Positions 1 to 9,664 of a stretch of 52,157 nucleotides of DNA are shown in pieces. The stretch is taken from the NCBI RefSeq assembly GCF_002087085.1, contig NZ_MWQY01000026.1:1-52157 (forward strand), in the 5' to 3' direction. The notes under the pieces were generated by a model, which was not told the DNA's origin, searched no databases, and saw only the letters and a list, made by a program, of their open reading frames with translations. A program made the position numbers and the translations under genes. Each line of letters begins with the position of its first letter. Within the stretch, counting starts at the first letter, position 1.

Positions 1-110
1 CAGAAAAGCCTATCGACCGCCGCCTGTTCATGCATATCTATGTGCGTTCGCCCTGGCATCAGGCCATATTCCGGTTTTCATTACTCCCTCTGAAGCGTAT
101 ACTGACTGTC

Positions 111-917
111 ATGGAAAAACATATAGCAGTTGTTACCGGAGCGAGTTCCGGAATCGGCCGTGCCTTTGCCGAAGAGTATGCCCGCCGCGGCTATGATCTT
201 ATTCTGACCGGAAGACGTACCGGGGTGCTGGATTCCTTTTCCGCTGAGCTGAGGGAACGGTGGAATACCTCCGTGGAGACGGCGATATTCGATCTTTCCG
301 ACCCTGAGGAGCTTGAGCTTTTTGCCGGAAATATCGCTGCCAGACGCATCTCCGTGCTGGTCAACAATGCAGGTTTCGGCAGTCCCCGGGCCTTCAGTGT
401 CGATACCTACGAGAACCAGGTGCGGATGATCAAGGTGCACGTCGAGGCTGTGGTCCGACTGTGCCATGCCGTGCTTCCCGGAATGCGCGAAGAGGGAGAG
501 GGGACCATTATTAATGTATCGTCCCTGGCAAGCTTTTTTCCGGCCCCCCTGGACGCCCTTTACAGCGGTACCAAAGCCTTTCTGACCCGCTTTTCCGAGG
601 CCCTGCAGCTTGAACAGTCCGGTACCGGTATCCGTGTGCAGGCCCTCTGTCCCGGATTTATCCGTACGGAATTTCATGAGCGTCTTGGTCTTGGCAAGGA
701 GTTCAACCGAAAAAGTTCCGGAATCTTCCGCTGGATGGAACCGCAGCAGCTGGTCCGTGCCTCCCTCAAGGCCCTGAATCGCAGGAGACCCCCTGTTATT
801 GTCGTGCCGGGCCTCTTTTACCGCTTCCTCTACCTGATTCACAGACTCGTTCCCCGCAGTATTATCTACCGCAGCATGGACGGCCGCATGATGAACCGGG
901 TTGACGGAGGGGAATAG
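111..917 (+). CDS. Short-chain dehydrogenase/reductase (SDR)
   Basis: TGASSGIG Rossmann motif, NNAG, catalytic YSGTK; start moved to ATG 111 (MEKHIAVV). Confidence 0.9.
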   Translation: MEKHIAVVTGASSGIGRAFAEEYARRGYDLILTGRRTGVLDSFSAELRERWNTSVETAIFDLSDPEELELFAGNIAARRISVLVNNAGFGSPRAFSVDTYENQVRMIKVHVEAVVRLCHAVLPGMREEGEGTIINVSSLASFFPAPLDALYSGTKAFLTRFSEALQLEQSGTGIRVQALCPGFIRTEFHERLGLGKEFNRKSSGIFRWMEPQQLVRASLKALNRRRPPVIVVPGLFYRFLYLIHRLVPRSIIYRSMDGRMMNRVDGGE

Positions 918-938
918 GACCGCTGTTTCCTGCCCTCC

Positions 939-980
939 GTAACAAATGTTACTTACTGTATCAGGATTGCGCCGTACACT
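939..980 (+). promoter_or_regulatory. Crp/Fnr (HcpR-like) palindrome plus -10 box of the fprA promoter
   Basis: Perfect palindrome GTAAC-AAAT-GTTAC (939-952), 22 nt, then TACACT (975-980); class II activator geometry. Confidence 0.6.
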
Positions 981-1008
981 TGTACCTGTAGCCGGGGGCT
1001 GTGCAAGA

Positions 1009-1194
1009 CCGATGGCGACCGTACAAGAGTGAAGGGCCGGCTTTGCCGGTCCTGAACGAGGCAGAGCGGAGCTTGAGGACGATTTCGTCCGATGGCGACC
1101 GTACAGTACAAGAGTGAAGGGACGGCTTTGCCGGTCCCGAACGAGGCAGAGCGGAGCCGGAGGACGGTTTCGTCCGATGGCGACCGTACAAGAG
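1009..1194. repeat. Tandem structured repeat (80 bp + 85 bp + 21 bp partial unit) in the fprA leader
   Basis: ccgatggcgaccgtaca starts at 1009, 1089 and 1174; intervening segments nearly identical, each with two hairpins; unit 2 has a gtaca duplication. Confidence 0.9.
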
Positions 1195-1202
1195 GAGGAT
1201 GC

Positions 1203-2399
1203 ATGGAACGGAATATCAGGAACAATATTACCTGGGTGGGAAAGATCGACTGGGAGCTGACCAGATTTCATGGCGATGAGTATTCGACCCATCGCGGGAG
1301 TTCCTACAACTCCTATCTTATCCAGGAAGAGAAGACCGCGCTCATCGATACAGTCTGGGCTCCCTTTGCCCGGGAGTACGTGGACAACCTGGCAAAGGTA
1401 ATCGATCTGAACAAGATCGACTATGTAATCGCGAATCATGCCGAGGTGGACCACAGCGGAGCTCTGCCGGAGCTGATGGCAAGGATTCCGGATGTGCCGA
1501 TCTACTGTACCGCCAACGGGGTAAAGTCCCTGAAAGGGCATTACCACCAGGACTGGAACTTCGTGACCGTAAAAACCGGAGACACCCTGGATCTGGGAAA
1601 CGGCAAACAGCTCATTTTTATAGAGGCCCCCATGCTCCACTGGCCGGACAGCATGTTCTGCTATCTGACAGAAGATGCCGTACTCTTCAGCAATGACGCC
1701 TTCGGACAGCACTATGCATCGGAGTACCTGTTCAACGACCTGGTGGACCAGACGGAGCTTTATGAAGAGGCGATAAAGTATTATGCCAATATCCTGACCC
1801 CCTTCTCCGGTTTTGTTACCAAAAAGATCAACGAGGTTCTTGCTCTGAATGTTCCGGTGGAGATGATTGCCACAAGCCACGGGGTAATCTGGCGGGAGGA
1901 TCCCACCCAGATTGTAAAAAAATACCTGGAGTGGGCGGATTCCTATCAGGAAAACCGGATAGCACTTATCTACGACACCATGTGGAACGGGACCCGGCGT
2001 CTGGCCGAGGCGATTGCCGAGGGGATCCATGCCGCCGATGATACCGTGGACGTTCGTCTTTTCAATATGGCGGAGCGGGACAAGAACGATGTCATCACAG
2101 AAATATTCAAATCCAGGGCGGTGCTTCTGGGTTCCCCCACCATCAACAAGGGTATCCTTACGGCCATGGCATCCCTGATAGAAGAGGTAAAGGGCCTGAG
2201 GTTCAAAAACAAGAAGGCCGCCGCCTTCGGCTGTTACGGATGGAGCGGAGAGTCCGTGGGGATTCTGAACGAACAGCTGAAGGAAGCCGGTTTTGAGTTA
2301 ATCGGTGAGGGCGTAAAGGCTCTCTGGAATCCCGATGAGGAGAGTCTGAATGCTGCAAAGGAATACGGACGAAAGTTTGTGGCGGAGCTGGTAAGATAA
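1203..2399 (+). CDS. fprA: Flavodiiron protein (FprA/ROO family NO/O2 reductase)
   Basis: Metallo-beta-lactamase diiron motifs HAEVDH, HWPD, NDAFG, SHG plus C-terminal flavodoxin ([16 protein letters not shown]); AGGAGG at 1193-1198 before ATG 1203. Confidence 0.93.
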   Translation: MERNIRNNITWVGKIDWELTRFHGDEYSTHRGSSYNSYLIQEEKTALIDTVWAPFAREYVDNLAKVIDLNKIDYVIANHAEVDHSGALPELMARIPDVPIYCTANGVKSLKGHYHQDWNFVTVKTGDTLDLGNGKQLIFIEAPMLHWPDSMFCYLTEDAVLFSNDAFGQHYASEYLFNDLVDQTELYEEAIKYYANILTPFSGFVTKKINEVLALNVPVEMIATSHGVIWREDPTQIVKKYLEWADSYQENRIALIYDTMWNGTRRLAEAIAEGIHAADDTVDVRLFNMAERDKNDVITEIFKSRAVLLGSPTINKGILTAMASLIEEVKGLRFKNKKAAAFGCYGWSGESVGILNEQLKEAGFELIGEGVKALWNPDEESLNAAKEYGRKFVAELVR

Positions 2400-2411
2400 T
2401 ACAGGCACTGT

Positions 2412-2441
2412 AAAAAAGGCGGCCCGAGGGGCCGCCTTTTT
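2412..2441. terminator. Bidirectional intrinsic terminator
   Basis: aaaaaaggcggccc-gag-gggccgccttttt between convergent genes. Confidence 0.9.
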
Positions 2442-2444
2442 CGT

Positions 2445-3182
2445 TTAATCCCGGGGTACCTGGCTTTTAATTTCGCCGTTTACCCAGATTCCCGAACGTT
2501 CCTCACCGGGACGGGAGGGTATGTCCATCACCATTCCCGGGTACATCAGGTCCCAGTTGTCAGGCTGGGGCAGCTTGTTCTTGTTGGCCTCGTAGAGAGG
2601 TTTCCAGGCGGAGGTGTCCCCGTATACGAAGGGGTATCCCGCAATGCGCCAGAAGCAGTCTTCTGCACCGGGGAGTTTCCGTACCAGGTATGCAGCAGGG
2701 AGTCCCGATTTCGAGGGTTCCTCTTTCGGTTCCTGGGGCTGAACAGTTCTGGCCCCGCCGAAGGTTTCAAGCAGTGCTATGGCCTCACGGCTGCTCTCCG
2801 AACTCTGGCTGTAGGAACCGTTGTTGTAGAGTTCACCGGCGGCTTCGATGAATCCCACGGCTTTGGCAAAATCAGCCGGGTTCTCCCTGGATCTTCCCGA
2901 GCGCTCCACCTGCCCCCGAAGACCGACTGCCCTCTGCAGGAGCTGATTCGCACGGTACTGGGCAAGCATGCGGGCCACGTATTCATCCGATTTTTGCGCA
3001 TACTCCGCTGAAAGCTCGGCGTATTCCCTGGCCTTCAGGTATTCTCCGTCTTCCAGGGCTTCCTCGGAAAGCTGTTTGTAGCGCAGGGACTCGCGGTAGT
3101 CGGGGTTATCCCGCAGACTCTGGGCGGACACGGCAGAAACAGAGAGGACAAGTACCAGAATGAAGATTATTCCGTGTTTCAT
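2445..3182 (-). CDS. Secreted TmpB-like protein with C-terminal LysM-like domain
   Basis: Signal peptide, helical body, C-terminal YLVR...DCFWRIAGYPFVYGD...W..LYEAN...PDNWDLMYPGMVMDIP typical of spirochaete LysM-like/TmpB proteins. Confidence 0.7.
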   Translation of the reverse strand: MKHGIIFILVLVLSVSAVSAQSLRDNPDYRESLRYKQLSEEALEDGEYLKAREYAELSAEYAQKSDEYVARMLAQYRANQLLQRAVGLRGQVERSGRSRENPADFAKAVGFIEAAGELYNNGSYSQSSESSREAIALLETFGGARTVQPQEPKEEPSKSGLPAAYLVRKLPGAEDCFWRIAGYPFVYGDTSAWKPLYEANKNKLPQPDNWDLMYPGMVMDIPSRPGEERSGIWVNGEIKSQVPRD

Positions 3183-3598
3183 TATTCCTCCTCCTCCAGG
3201 CCTGCTTCCCTGCGGGCTTCTGCTGCGTTCTGTTCAACAGTGCTGAGGGCGCTCTGGGCCTTCTCCAGGGCTTCGATAGCCGCTTCTCTGTTGGCTTTCG
3301 CCTCTTCGAAGGCGGCACGATAGGTCTGTTCCGCTTCTTCGTATTTTTCTTTAGCCGTATCCCATTCTCTGCTCTGCTCAGCGCTCCGGGCTTCCGAGTA
3401 CAGCTCCTGTGCCTGGGCATAGGTTTCGGGGGCACCCTTTGCTGCTTTCAGGGAATCCGCCTGTGCCTTGGCGTCTTCCACCCTCTGCCTGAAAGCGCTG
3501 AGGTCGACAGTCTCCACCTGGGTCGGCTCCGGTTCCGGCGCCGAAGCACAGGCTGCCAGCAGGGACACCATCAGTAATGCTGCTATGAGCTTTTTCAT
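3182..3598 (-). CDS. Helical lipoprotein (short TmpA-like)
   Basis: MKKLIAALLMVSLLAAC lipobox, Ala/Glu-rich coiled coil; TAATG stop/start overlap with downstream gene; start moved to 3598. Confidence 0.75.
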   Translation of the reverse strand: MKKLIAALLMVSLLAACASAPEPEPTQVETVDLSAFRQRVEDAKAQADSLKAAKGAPETYAQAQELYSEARSAEQSREWDTAKEKYEEAEQTYRAAFEEAKANREAAIEALEKAQSALSTVEQNAAEARREAGLEEEE

Positions 3599-3661
3599 AA
3601 TTCCATCCTCATTTTTTCTCTTCTTATAATAGACTACCCCCTTATGAGGGGAAAATGCAAG

Positions 3662-3696
3662 AAAAAACCCGTTTCCGGGCTCACGGAAACGGGTTT
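3662..3696 (-). terminator. Intrinsic terminator of rubrerythrin
   Basis: aaacccgtttccg-ggctca-cggaaacgggttt stem with T-run on minus strand. Confidence 0.8.
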
Positions 3697-3717
3697 GTAC
3701 AGAATTTCCAGGCTCTT

Positions 3718-4239
3718 TTAGATATCGAGATTGGCCGGCTCGTAGTACTCCCTGGGGTGTTTGCAGCAGGGACATTTTGCAGGCGGCTCGGTGCCTTCGT
3801 AGATATAGCCGCATACGCCGCATTTCCAGGCAATCGGGGTCTCCCGCTTGTATACAGTGTTGTTTTTTACCATTTCCAGCAGCCGGTCGTAGCGGTCCCG
3901 GTGATGGGCTTCAACCTTTGCGATCTGGCTGAAGAGGGTTGCAGCTTCTTTATTGCCTTCTGCTTCCGCCTCTTTTGCGAAGGTCGGGTACATGTCGCTG
4001 GTTTCGTAGTCTTCTCCGTCCCGGGCGTCCTTCAGGTTGGATGCTGTGTCTCCCAGGTGCCCCGCAAGCTTGAACTGGTCCTTTGCGTGGCGCATTTCGT
4101 TGTCGGCGGTCTCTTCAAAAATCCTGGCGATATAGTGATATCCCTCCTTTCGTGCCACCTGGGCATAGAAGGTATACTTGTTTCTTGCCTGTGATTCTCC
4201 GGCAAAAGCCGCCATCAGGTTCTCTTGAGTCTTTCCCAT
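3718..4239 (-). CDS. rbr: Rubrerythrin
   Basis: AFAGESQARNKY, ExxH diiron motifs, C-terminal rubredoxin-like CGVC...CPCC. Confidence 0.93.
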   Translation of the reverse strand: MGKTQENLMAAFAGESQARNKYTFYAQVARKEGYHYIARIFEETADNEMRHAKDQFKLAGHLGDTASNLKDARDGEDYETSDMYPTFAKEAEAEGNKEAATLFSQIAKVEAHHRDRYDRLLEMVKNNTVYKRETPIAWKCGVCGYIYEGTEPPAKCPCCKHPREYYEPANLDI

Positions 4240-4268
4240 TCTCATTCTCTCCTTGAGGTATTTACCCC

Positions 4269-4297
4269 ATAATAGAATGGGTGATCTTCGCTGTCAA
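4269..4297 (-). promoter_or_regulatory. Sigma70 promoter of rubrerythrin
   Basis: TTGACA-17 nt-TATTAT on minus strand. Confidence 0.7.
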
Positions 4298-4445
4298 GAA
4301 TCGTTCCTGAATAATATGCGGGGATTAGTATACCTCTTCTTTTAGAGATCTCGCGTTTTTAGTAATGTCCGCTGCTGAAAAACCTGTGTTGATCTCGGTA
4401 CCTATCCGTTGCATAATAAGCTTTCAAGAATCAAGGAGAGGAAAT

Positions 4446-5639
4446 ATGAAGATAGCCGAACGGATCAGCAATCTTGGAACGGAAACCGCCTTCGCCGTAT
4501 CCGGAGAGGCCAGGGCTTTCGCCGCTGCGGGAAACACGGTGTATCCCTTTCACCTGGGGGACATGAATATCCGTACCCCGGATAATATTATCAACGCAGC
4601 TCATCAGGCCATGCTGGCGGGGAAGACCGGATACGCTCCCAATGCAGGGATCCCTGAACTCAGGGAAGCCCTCGCTGAAGATGTGAACAGGGCACGGGGA
4701 AGCTCCTATACTGCGGCCAATGTGGCCATTCAGCCCGGGGGAAAACCCGTCATAGGCAAATTTATCCAGGCCGTGATGAATCCCGGTGACGAGGTCCTCT
4801 ATCCGAACCCGGGATATCCCATTTACGAATCCCAGATTGAGTACTACGGCGGCAGGGCTGTTCCCTACGGATACGTTCCCGGAGATGAGAACTTCCGCCT
4901 TGATTTCGACGCCCTTGAAAAGTCAGTGACCACGAAAACACGGCTGCTTATTTTTAATGACCTTCAGAATCCCACCGGAGCGGAATCCTCCCGGGAAGAG
5001 CTGGAGGCTGTTGCCCGTTTTGCGGTAAAGCATGACCTTAAGGTTCTCTGCGACGAAGCCTACTTCGATATCCGCTACGGCGGGGAGTCCGTATCCCTGA
5101 GTTCCTTTCCGGGCATGGAGGAACGCTGCGTAATCCTCTATACCTTCTCCAAGAAATTCGCCATGACCGGCTGGCGCCTGGGTGCTGCCATCGGACCGGT
5201 GGATATTATCGACGTTATTGCCCGGATCAATCTGAACGACGAATCCTGCTCAAACCACTTTATCCAGGTTGCCGCCGTGGAAGCCCTCAAGGGGGACCAG
5301 AGCGGACCCCGGAAAATTCTTGAAGTTCTCAAGGAACGGCGGGACCTGGGGGTGGACATTTTGAACTCCATCCCGGGGATTTCCTGCTACCGGCCGAATG
5401 CTAGCTTCTATCTGTACCCCGATGTAACGGAGCTTATGGAAAAGAAGGGCTTTGATAATTATGAGACCTTTCGAAAGGATGTGCTCCACAAAACCGGTGT
5501 AAGCTTCTGTACGCGCCTCCATTTCGGCAGGGCCCTTCCGGGGGAAGAACGGAAATATATCCGCCTTGCCTATTCCGGTATAGATGCTGATCTTATACGC
5601 AAAGGACTTGGTCTCCTGAAAGAGTATTCTCAGAAGTAA
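4446..5639 (+). CDS. PLP-dependent class I/II aminotransferase (aspartate aminotransferase-like)
   Basis: NPTG, DEAY, TFSKKFAMTGWRLG PLP-lysine motif; AGGAGAGG RBS before ATG 4446. Confidence 0.9.
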   Translation: MKIAERISNLGTETAFAVSGEARAFAAAGNTVYPFHLGDMNIRTPDNIINAAHQAMLAGKTGYAPNAGIPELREALAEDVNRARGSSYTAANVAIQPGGKPVIGKFIQAVMNPGDEVLYPNPGYPIYESQIEYYGGRAVPYGYVPGDENFRLDFDALEKSVTTKTRLLIFNDLQNPTGAESSREELEAVARFAVKHDLKVLCDEAYFDIRYGGESVSLSSFPGMEERCVILYTFSKKFAMTGWRLGAAIGPVDIIDVIARINLNDESCSNHFIQVAAVEALKGDQSGPRKILEVLKERRDLGVDILNSIPGISCYRPNASFYLYPDVTELMEKKGFDNYETFRKDVLHKTGVSFCTRLHFGRALPGEERKYIRLAYSGIDADLIRKGLGLLKEYSQK

Positions 5640-5656
5640 ACGGTAGAGGAAAGCGC

Positions 5657-6571
5657 ATGAAACGGTACCGTACACCGTCAGCGGCCCGGCATGTCGCCGC
5701 TTTCGCCCTGGTTCTGGCTTTCTGGCTGGTCTTTCCCCTCGAGGCACAGCAGGGGGGCGGAGCAGGGCGGGGAGGAGCCGGAGGTCCCGGAGCAGGGGAA
5801 TCGGCCCTGATCGGCACCGCCTCGGTTGAATCCCGGGGAAGGGTAATCCAGGTCGGCGGCAGGCTGAAACCCAAAACCAGCATTGTGCATACCTCCACCT
5901 TTACCGGCGTTGTGCGGGATATCCCCGTGGAACCCGGGGATTCCGTAAGCACCGGGGAGCTCCTCTTTACCGTGGACCGCAACGAGGCGGGTCAGACCTT
6001 TCAGCTGCATACCGTGCGCTCCCGTATCGACGGTATTGTTTCAAAAGTCGATCTGCTGGCGGAGGAAGAGGTCAGCGCCAACGGTGCGGGGGTGACGGTA
6101 ATCGGCCGTCGGGAGTATATTCTGGAGGCCAAAATCAGCGACAAGGACGCCTTCAAAGTCGCCCTGGGGCAGCAGGTTTCAGGCCGCAGGGTGGACGGAG
6201 GAGATCTGACGGGTCGTCTGAGCCTTCGTTCCCCCGAACCCGACTACGATACCGGTCTCTTCGAGCTGACCTTCGAGTTTCCCGCGGGGCCGCAGACCTT
6301 TGCCGGAGCATTTGTACTTATAGATCTTCCCACCGAGCTTATCCGGGGAATATTTGTTCCCTCGGAGTCCATAGACCGGCGTTACGGTCGGAATTTCCTC
6401 TGGCTTGTGGATCCCGACACCCGTACCCTTATACGGCGTGAAGTCGAACTGGGAACCTCTCTGGGGGATGAAACCCTGATAAACGCCGGACTGGCCGAGG
6501 GCGACCGCTACCTGCGGGTCTTGAGCGGCCGGGAACAGGAAGGCGCTCCTCTTCCGGCAGGAGGACGTTAA
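5657..6571 (+). CDS. RND efflux periplasmic adaptor (hairpin-less)
   Basis: N-terminal hydrophobic segment, lipoyl halves (TFTGVV...PGDSV...GELLF; VRSRIDGIV), C-terminal IFVPSESI...REVELG...GLAEGD. Confidence 0.8.
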   Translation: MKRYRTPSAARHVAAFALVLAFWLVFPLEAQQGGGAGRGGAGGPGAGESALIGTASVESRGRVIQVGGRLKPKTSIVHTSTFTGVVRDIPVEPGDSVSTGELLFTVDRNEAGQTFQLHTVRSRIDGIVSKVDLLAEEEVSANGAGVTVIGRREYILEAKISDKDAFKVALGQQVSGRRVDGGDLTGRLSLRSPEPDYDTGLFELTFEFPAGPQTFAGAFVLIDLPTELIRGIFVPSESIDRRYGRNFLWLVDPDTRTLIRREVELGTSLGDETLINAGLAEGDRYLRVLSGREQEGAPLPAGGR

Positions 6572-6577
6572 AACACC

Positions 6578-9500
6578 GTGCTGCGGCTGATTTTCAAGCG
6601 TCAAAAGGTCCTTATACTTGGTTTTCTGCTCCTCTGTGTACTGGGAATTATCCTGGTCACCGAGCTGCCGGTACAGCTTTACCCCCAGACCCAGCGCCCC
6701 CGGGTGCGGGTACGGATAAACTACACCGGATACTCGGCGGTCGATTTTTCCCGCCAGTACGGTGAGGATGTGGAAGCCCAGTTTCTGACCGTCGAAGGGG
6801 TGAGCACCCTGGAGGCGGAGTACCGCAACGACTCGGGAGATTTTACCCTGACCTTTGACTGGAATACCGACAGCGACACCGCCAAGGCGGACGTCGAGGC
6901 GGTCATGAACACCATACGCAGCCTGCTTCCGGAGGATGTCCGGGATGACTACTGGGTACGTTTCTTTACCGGGGAGAACGCGGGTTTTCTCCTCATGGGG
7001 GTGCGGGCCCCCGGGATCTCACCAAAAGCTCTCTACGAACTGATCAAATCAAACCTTGAAAACCAGCTCTCCCAGGTGGAGGACGCGGAACTGGTGGAGA
7101 TCGTCAATATCGAGGACAAGGAGGTGGAGGTCCTGCTGAACAACGCCGCCCTTCTTGCCTACAGCCTGAGTATCAACGATGTTGATGCGGCCTTCCGGCG
7201 GGGACACCTTCCCAGGCCCCTGGGAAGCATAGAGGATACAGAGAGAGATTTCTCGGTACGGAATCTGACCGATATCAATACTATCTACGATCTTGAGAAC
7301 CTGATTATCGCCGACAGGGGTAATGTGGCCATCCGCCTCAAGGATGTGGCGGATATTCGCATCAGGTACACCCTCCCCGGGCAGGCGCTGGTTCTCGATG
7401 GCGCTCCGGCGGTGCGGATCAATGCCACCCCCAAGGACGGCGGCAATATCCGGCAGATGTCCCAGGATGTGCTGGAGATCCTGGAAACGGCCATTCAGGA
7501 CGGGGTTCTCCCGGAGGATACTGCCTTTCAGCTCTATGTAGACCCTGCGGAATACATAAACCGCTCAATCCGCAACGTCGTATCCGCGGCCCTCCTGGGA
7601 GCAGGCCTTGCCATGCTGATCGTGCTTCTGACCCTGGGGGAACTGCGGAATACCCTGCTCATCGGTATATCGATTCCCGTGACCATGATCCTTTCCTTTA
7701 TCCTGATGTACTTTTTCGACGTCAGTCTGAACCTTATCTCCCTGGGGGGAATTGCCCTGGCGGTGGGGATGGTGATAGATCCATCCATTGTGGTCCTGGA
7801 GAATATCCACCGCCACTATAGCGAAACCCCGGAGATCCGGGAGCCCCGGCACCTGATGCACATTATCATCACTGCTGTAGGAGAGGTGGCGGTTCCCGTT
7901 ACCGCCTCGACCCTGACGACCGTCCTGGTCTTTCTGCCTATCTCATTTACCGCTCCCCTGACCAACGCGATCCTGGGCGACCAGGCGAGTACGGTAATCT
8001 TTGCTTTGGCCTTTGCCCTGCTGATCTCCCTTAGTCTCATTCCCCTGGTTGCTTTCCGCCTCCACCCGCTCAAGTTATCGGGCAATACGGAGAAGCCCCG
8101 GGGACTCACCCGTTTTTCCCTGGCCTTCATGCACGGCCTGACCAGGGGCTATCGCGGACTTTTATCTTTCCTGATAAAAACCCGGGTCAGGGCAGGAGGC
8201 CTTATAGCGGGCTCCTTCGTTCTTCTTGCTCTTTCCGTTTCCCTGCTCCTGCCGCTGATTCCGAAGGAGATTATCTCCTCTCCCTTAAGCAACCGGATCA
8301 TCGTTTTCTTCCGCAGCATGGAAACTGAAGATCGGGTGGAGATTGTTGAAAATATAGTGCCGCGGCTGGAATCCATGGTCCATGAAAGCCTGGGTGATGC
8401 GGTGGACCGGACCTTTGCACAGGTTTCAGGTCGTTTTAACATTCTCTTTATCGATCTGGTGAGTTCCGGACATGCCGAAGAGTCCCTGGCAGCTCTGCAG
8501 CGGGTCTTCGTTTCCGACAACAGGTTCTACTACAATGTAAACATGTGGGACCCTGCCCAGCTGCCCCTGCCGCGGACCAATGATCTCCAGCTGAGCGTTC
8601 ACGGACCGGAAGAGGCGGTCAAGGTCAATCTTCTGGAAGAGATCCGGGACCTGGTTAATCAGTCTGAATTGTACGGAAGGGTATTCACCGACCCTGCGAC
8701 GGGAGTGAGCAATCAGCTTTCCCTTCGCCTTCGGCGGGAGATAATCGAAGGATTCGGAAACCTGACCGAGAGCTCCCTGAATACCCTTACCGGCAGGATC
8801 CTCCGGGGGACGGCCTCCATGGATTTCGAGGACGGTCAGGAGACAATTACCGTGGCGGCGGAGTTCCCTGAAGCGAGCCTGGACGGCATCGAGATGCTGG
8901 AAAACTTCCTGATTCATACCAGCGCGGGGATTGTGCCCTTAAAGCATTTCTATGACTTTTCCCGGGATACCGCCGTGGCGGGAATCGCCAGTGAGGACGG
9001 AGAGCATATATTCCGGCTCTACGGCAGAATGCTTCCCGGGACGCCGGCGGCGGAACGGGTAAAAAATGAGGAGAGCATCCGCAGCATTCTGCGGGAAAAA
9101 CTTGCTCTGCCGCCGGGCTATACGCTTGCCTTTGACAATCCCCAGGAGGAGCTGGACGAGGCGATCCGTTCTCTCTTTATCGCCCTGGCCGCCTCGGTTG
9201 CCCTTATCTACCTGGTGCTGGCTTTTCAGTTCAATTCCCTGCGCCTGCCCCTGGTCATCCTGGTTACCGTTCCCCTGGGCTTTATCGGGGTTGTGCTGAG
9301 TCTGTTTGTGTTTAAATCATCTCTGAATCTGAACTCCCTTCTGGGGACGATCCTGCTGGCCGGGGTGGTGGTAAACAACGCGATTATCATGATCGATTTT
9401 TATCTGCGCATATCTTCCCATCATGAATCAAAGACAGACGCCATAACCATTGCTGCGGGGCTGCGTTTCCCGCCCATAATCATTACCATGCTGACCACCA

Positions 9501-9664
9501 TACTGGGGATGCTTCCCCTGGCAATCGGTCTTGGGGAAGGGTCGAATATTGTTCAGCCCCTGGGAATCGCCGTGTCCGGAGGGCTCTTTATCTCAACCCT
9601 CTTTACTCTTTTTGTCGTTCCTGCGATTTTGAGTTTTATTCCGAAGGAGCAAAAAGAGACATGA
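6578..9664 (+). CDS. RND efflux transporter permease (AcrB/AcrD/AcrF family)
   Basis: 1028 aa; SLNLISLGGIALAVGMVIDPSIVVLENI, GVVVNNAI, RFPPIIITMLTTILGMLPLA. Confidence 0.92.
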   Translation: MLRLIFKRQKVLILGFLLLCVLGIILVTELPVQLYPQTQRPRVRVRINYTGYSAVDFSRQYGEDVEAQFLTVEGVSTLEAEYRNDSGDFTLTFDWNTDSDTAKADVEAVMNTIRSLLPEDVRDDYWVRFFTGENAGFLLMGVRAPGISPKALYELIKSNLENQLSQVEDAELVEIVNIEDKEVEVLLNNAALLAYSLSINDVDAAFRRGHLPRPLGSIEDTERDFSVRNLTDINTIYDLENLIIADRGNVAIRLKDVADIRIRYTLPGQALVLDGAPAVRINATPKDGGNIRQMSQDVLEILETAIQDGVLPEDTAFQLYVDPAEYINRSIRNVVSAALLGAGLAMLIVLLTLGELRNTLLIGISIPVTMILSFILMYFFDVSLNLISLGGIALAVGMVIDPSIVVLENIHRHYSETPEIREPRHLMHIIITAVGEVAVPVTASTLTTVLVFLPISFTAPLTNAILGDQASTVIFALAFALLISLSLIPLVAFRLHPLKLSGNTEKPRGLTRFSLAFMHGLTRGYRGLLSFLIKTRVRAGGLIAGSFVLLALSVSLLLPLIPKEIISSPLSNRIIVFFRSMETEDRVEIVENIVPRLESMVHESLGDAVDRTFAQVSGRFNILFIDLVSSGHAEESLAALQRVFVSDNRFYYNVNMWDPAQLPLPRTNDLQLSVHGPEEAVKVNLLEEIRDLVNQSELYGRVFTDPATGVSNQLSLRLRREIIEGFGNLTESSLNTLTGRILRGTASMDFEDGQETITVAAEFPEASLDGIEMLENFLIHTSAGIVPLKHFYDFSRDTAVAGIASEDGEHIFRLYGRMLPGTPAAERVKNEESIRSILREKLALPPGYTLAFDNPQEELDEAIRSLFIALAASVALIYLVLAFQFNSLRLPLVILVTVPLGFIGVVLSLFVFKSSLNLNSLLGTILLAGVVVNNAIIMIDFYLRISSHHESKTDAITIAAGLRFPPIIITMLTTILGMLPLAIGLGEGSNIVQPLGIAVSGGLFISTLFTLFVVPAILSFIPKEQKET

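Noticed and set aside
1..35. Start of a divergent minus-strand gene at the left edge (ATG at 31 or 35)
   Set aside because: Too little sequence to support a call.
1040..1175. Hammerhead ribozyme (ctgaacgag on plus, ggacgaaa on minus)
   Set aside because: CUGANGA and GAAA core elements do not occur in order on the same strand.
1009..1194. Mini-CRISPR array (three short direct repeats)
   Set aside because: The two 'spacers' are near-identical, about 60 bp and structured, and no cas genes are in the window; it is a tandem repeat.
1092..1202. 37-aa N-terminal extension of FprA
   Set aside because: Derives from the repeat; a strong RBS precedes ATG 1203 and family similarity starts there. Kept only as a possibility within the repeat finding.
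81..2030. 649-aa minus-strand ORF, and similar long antisense ORFs (e.g. 35906-37117, 38880-40226, 41013-42461, 46685-47788, 48060-49379)
   Set aside because: Shadows of well-supported genes on the opposite strand caused by codon bias; no recognisable motifs.
3599..3823. Long N-terminal extension of the lipoprotein ORF
   Set aside because: Overlaps the rubrerythrin 3' end and terminator; the signal peptide begins at 3598.
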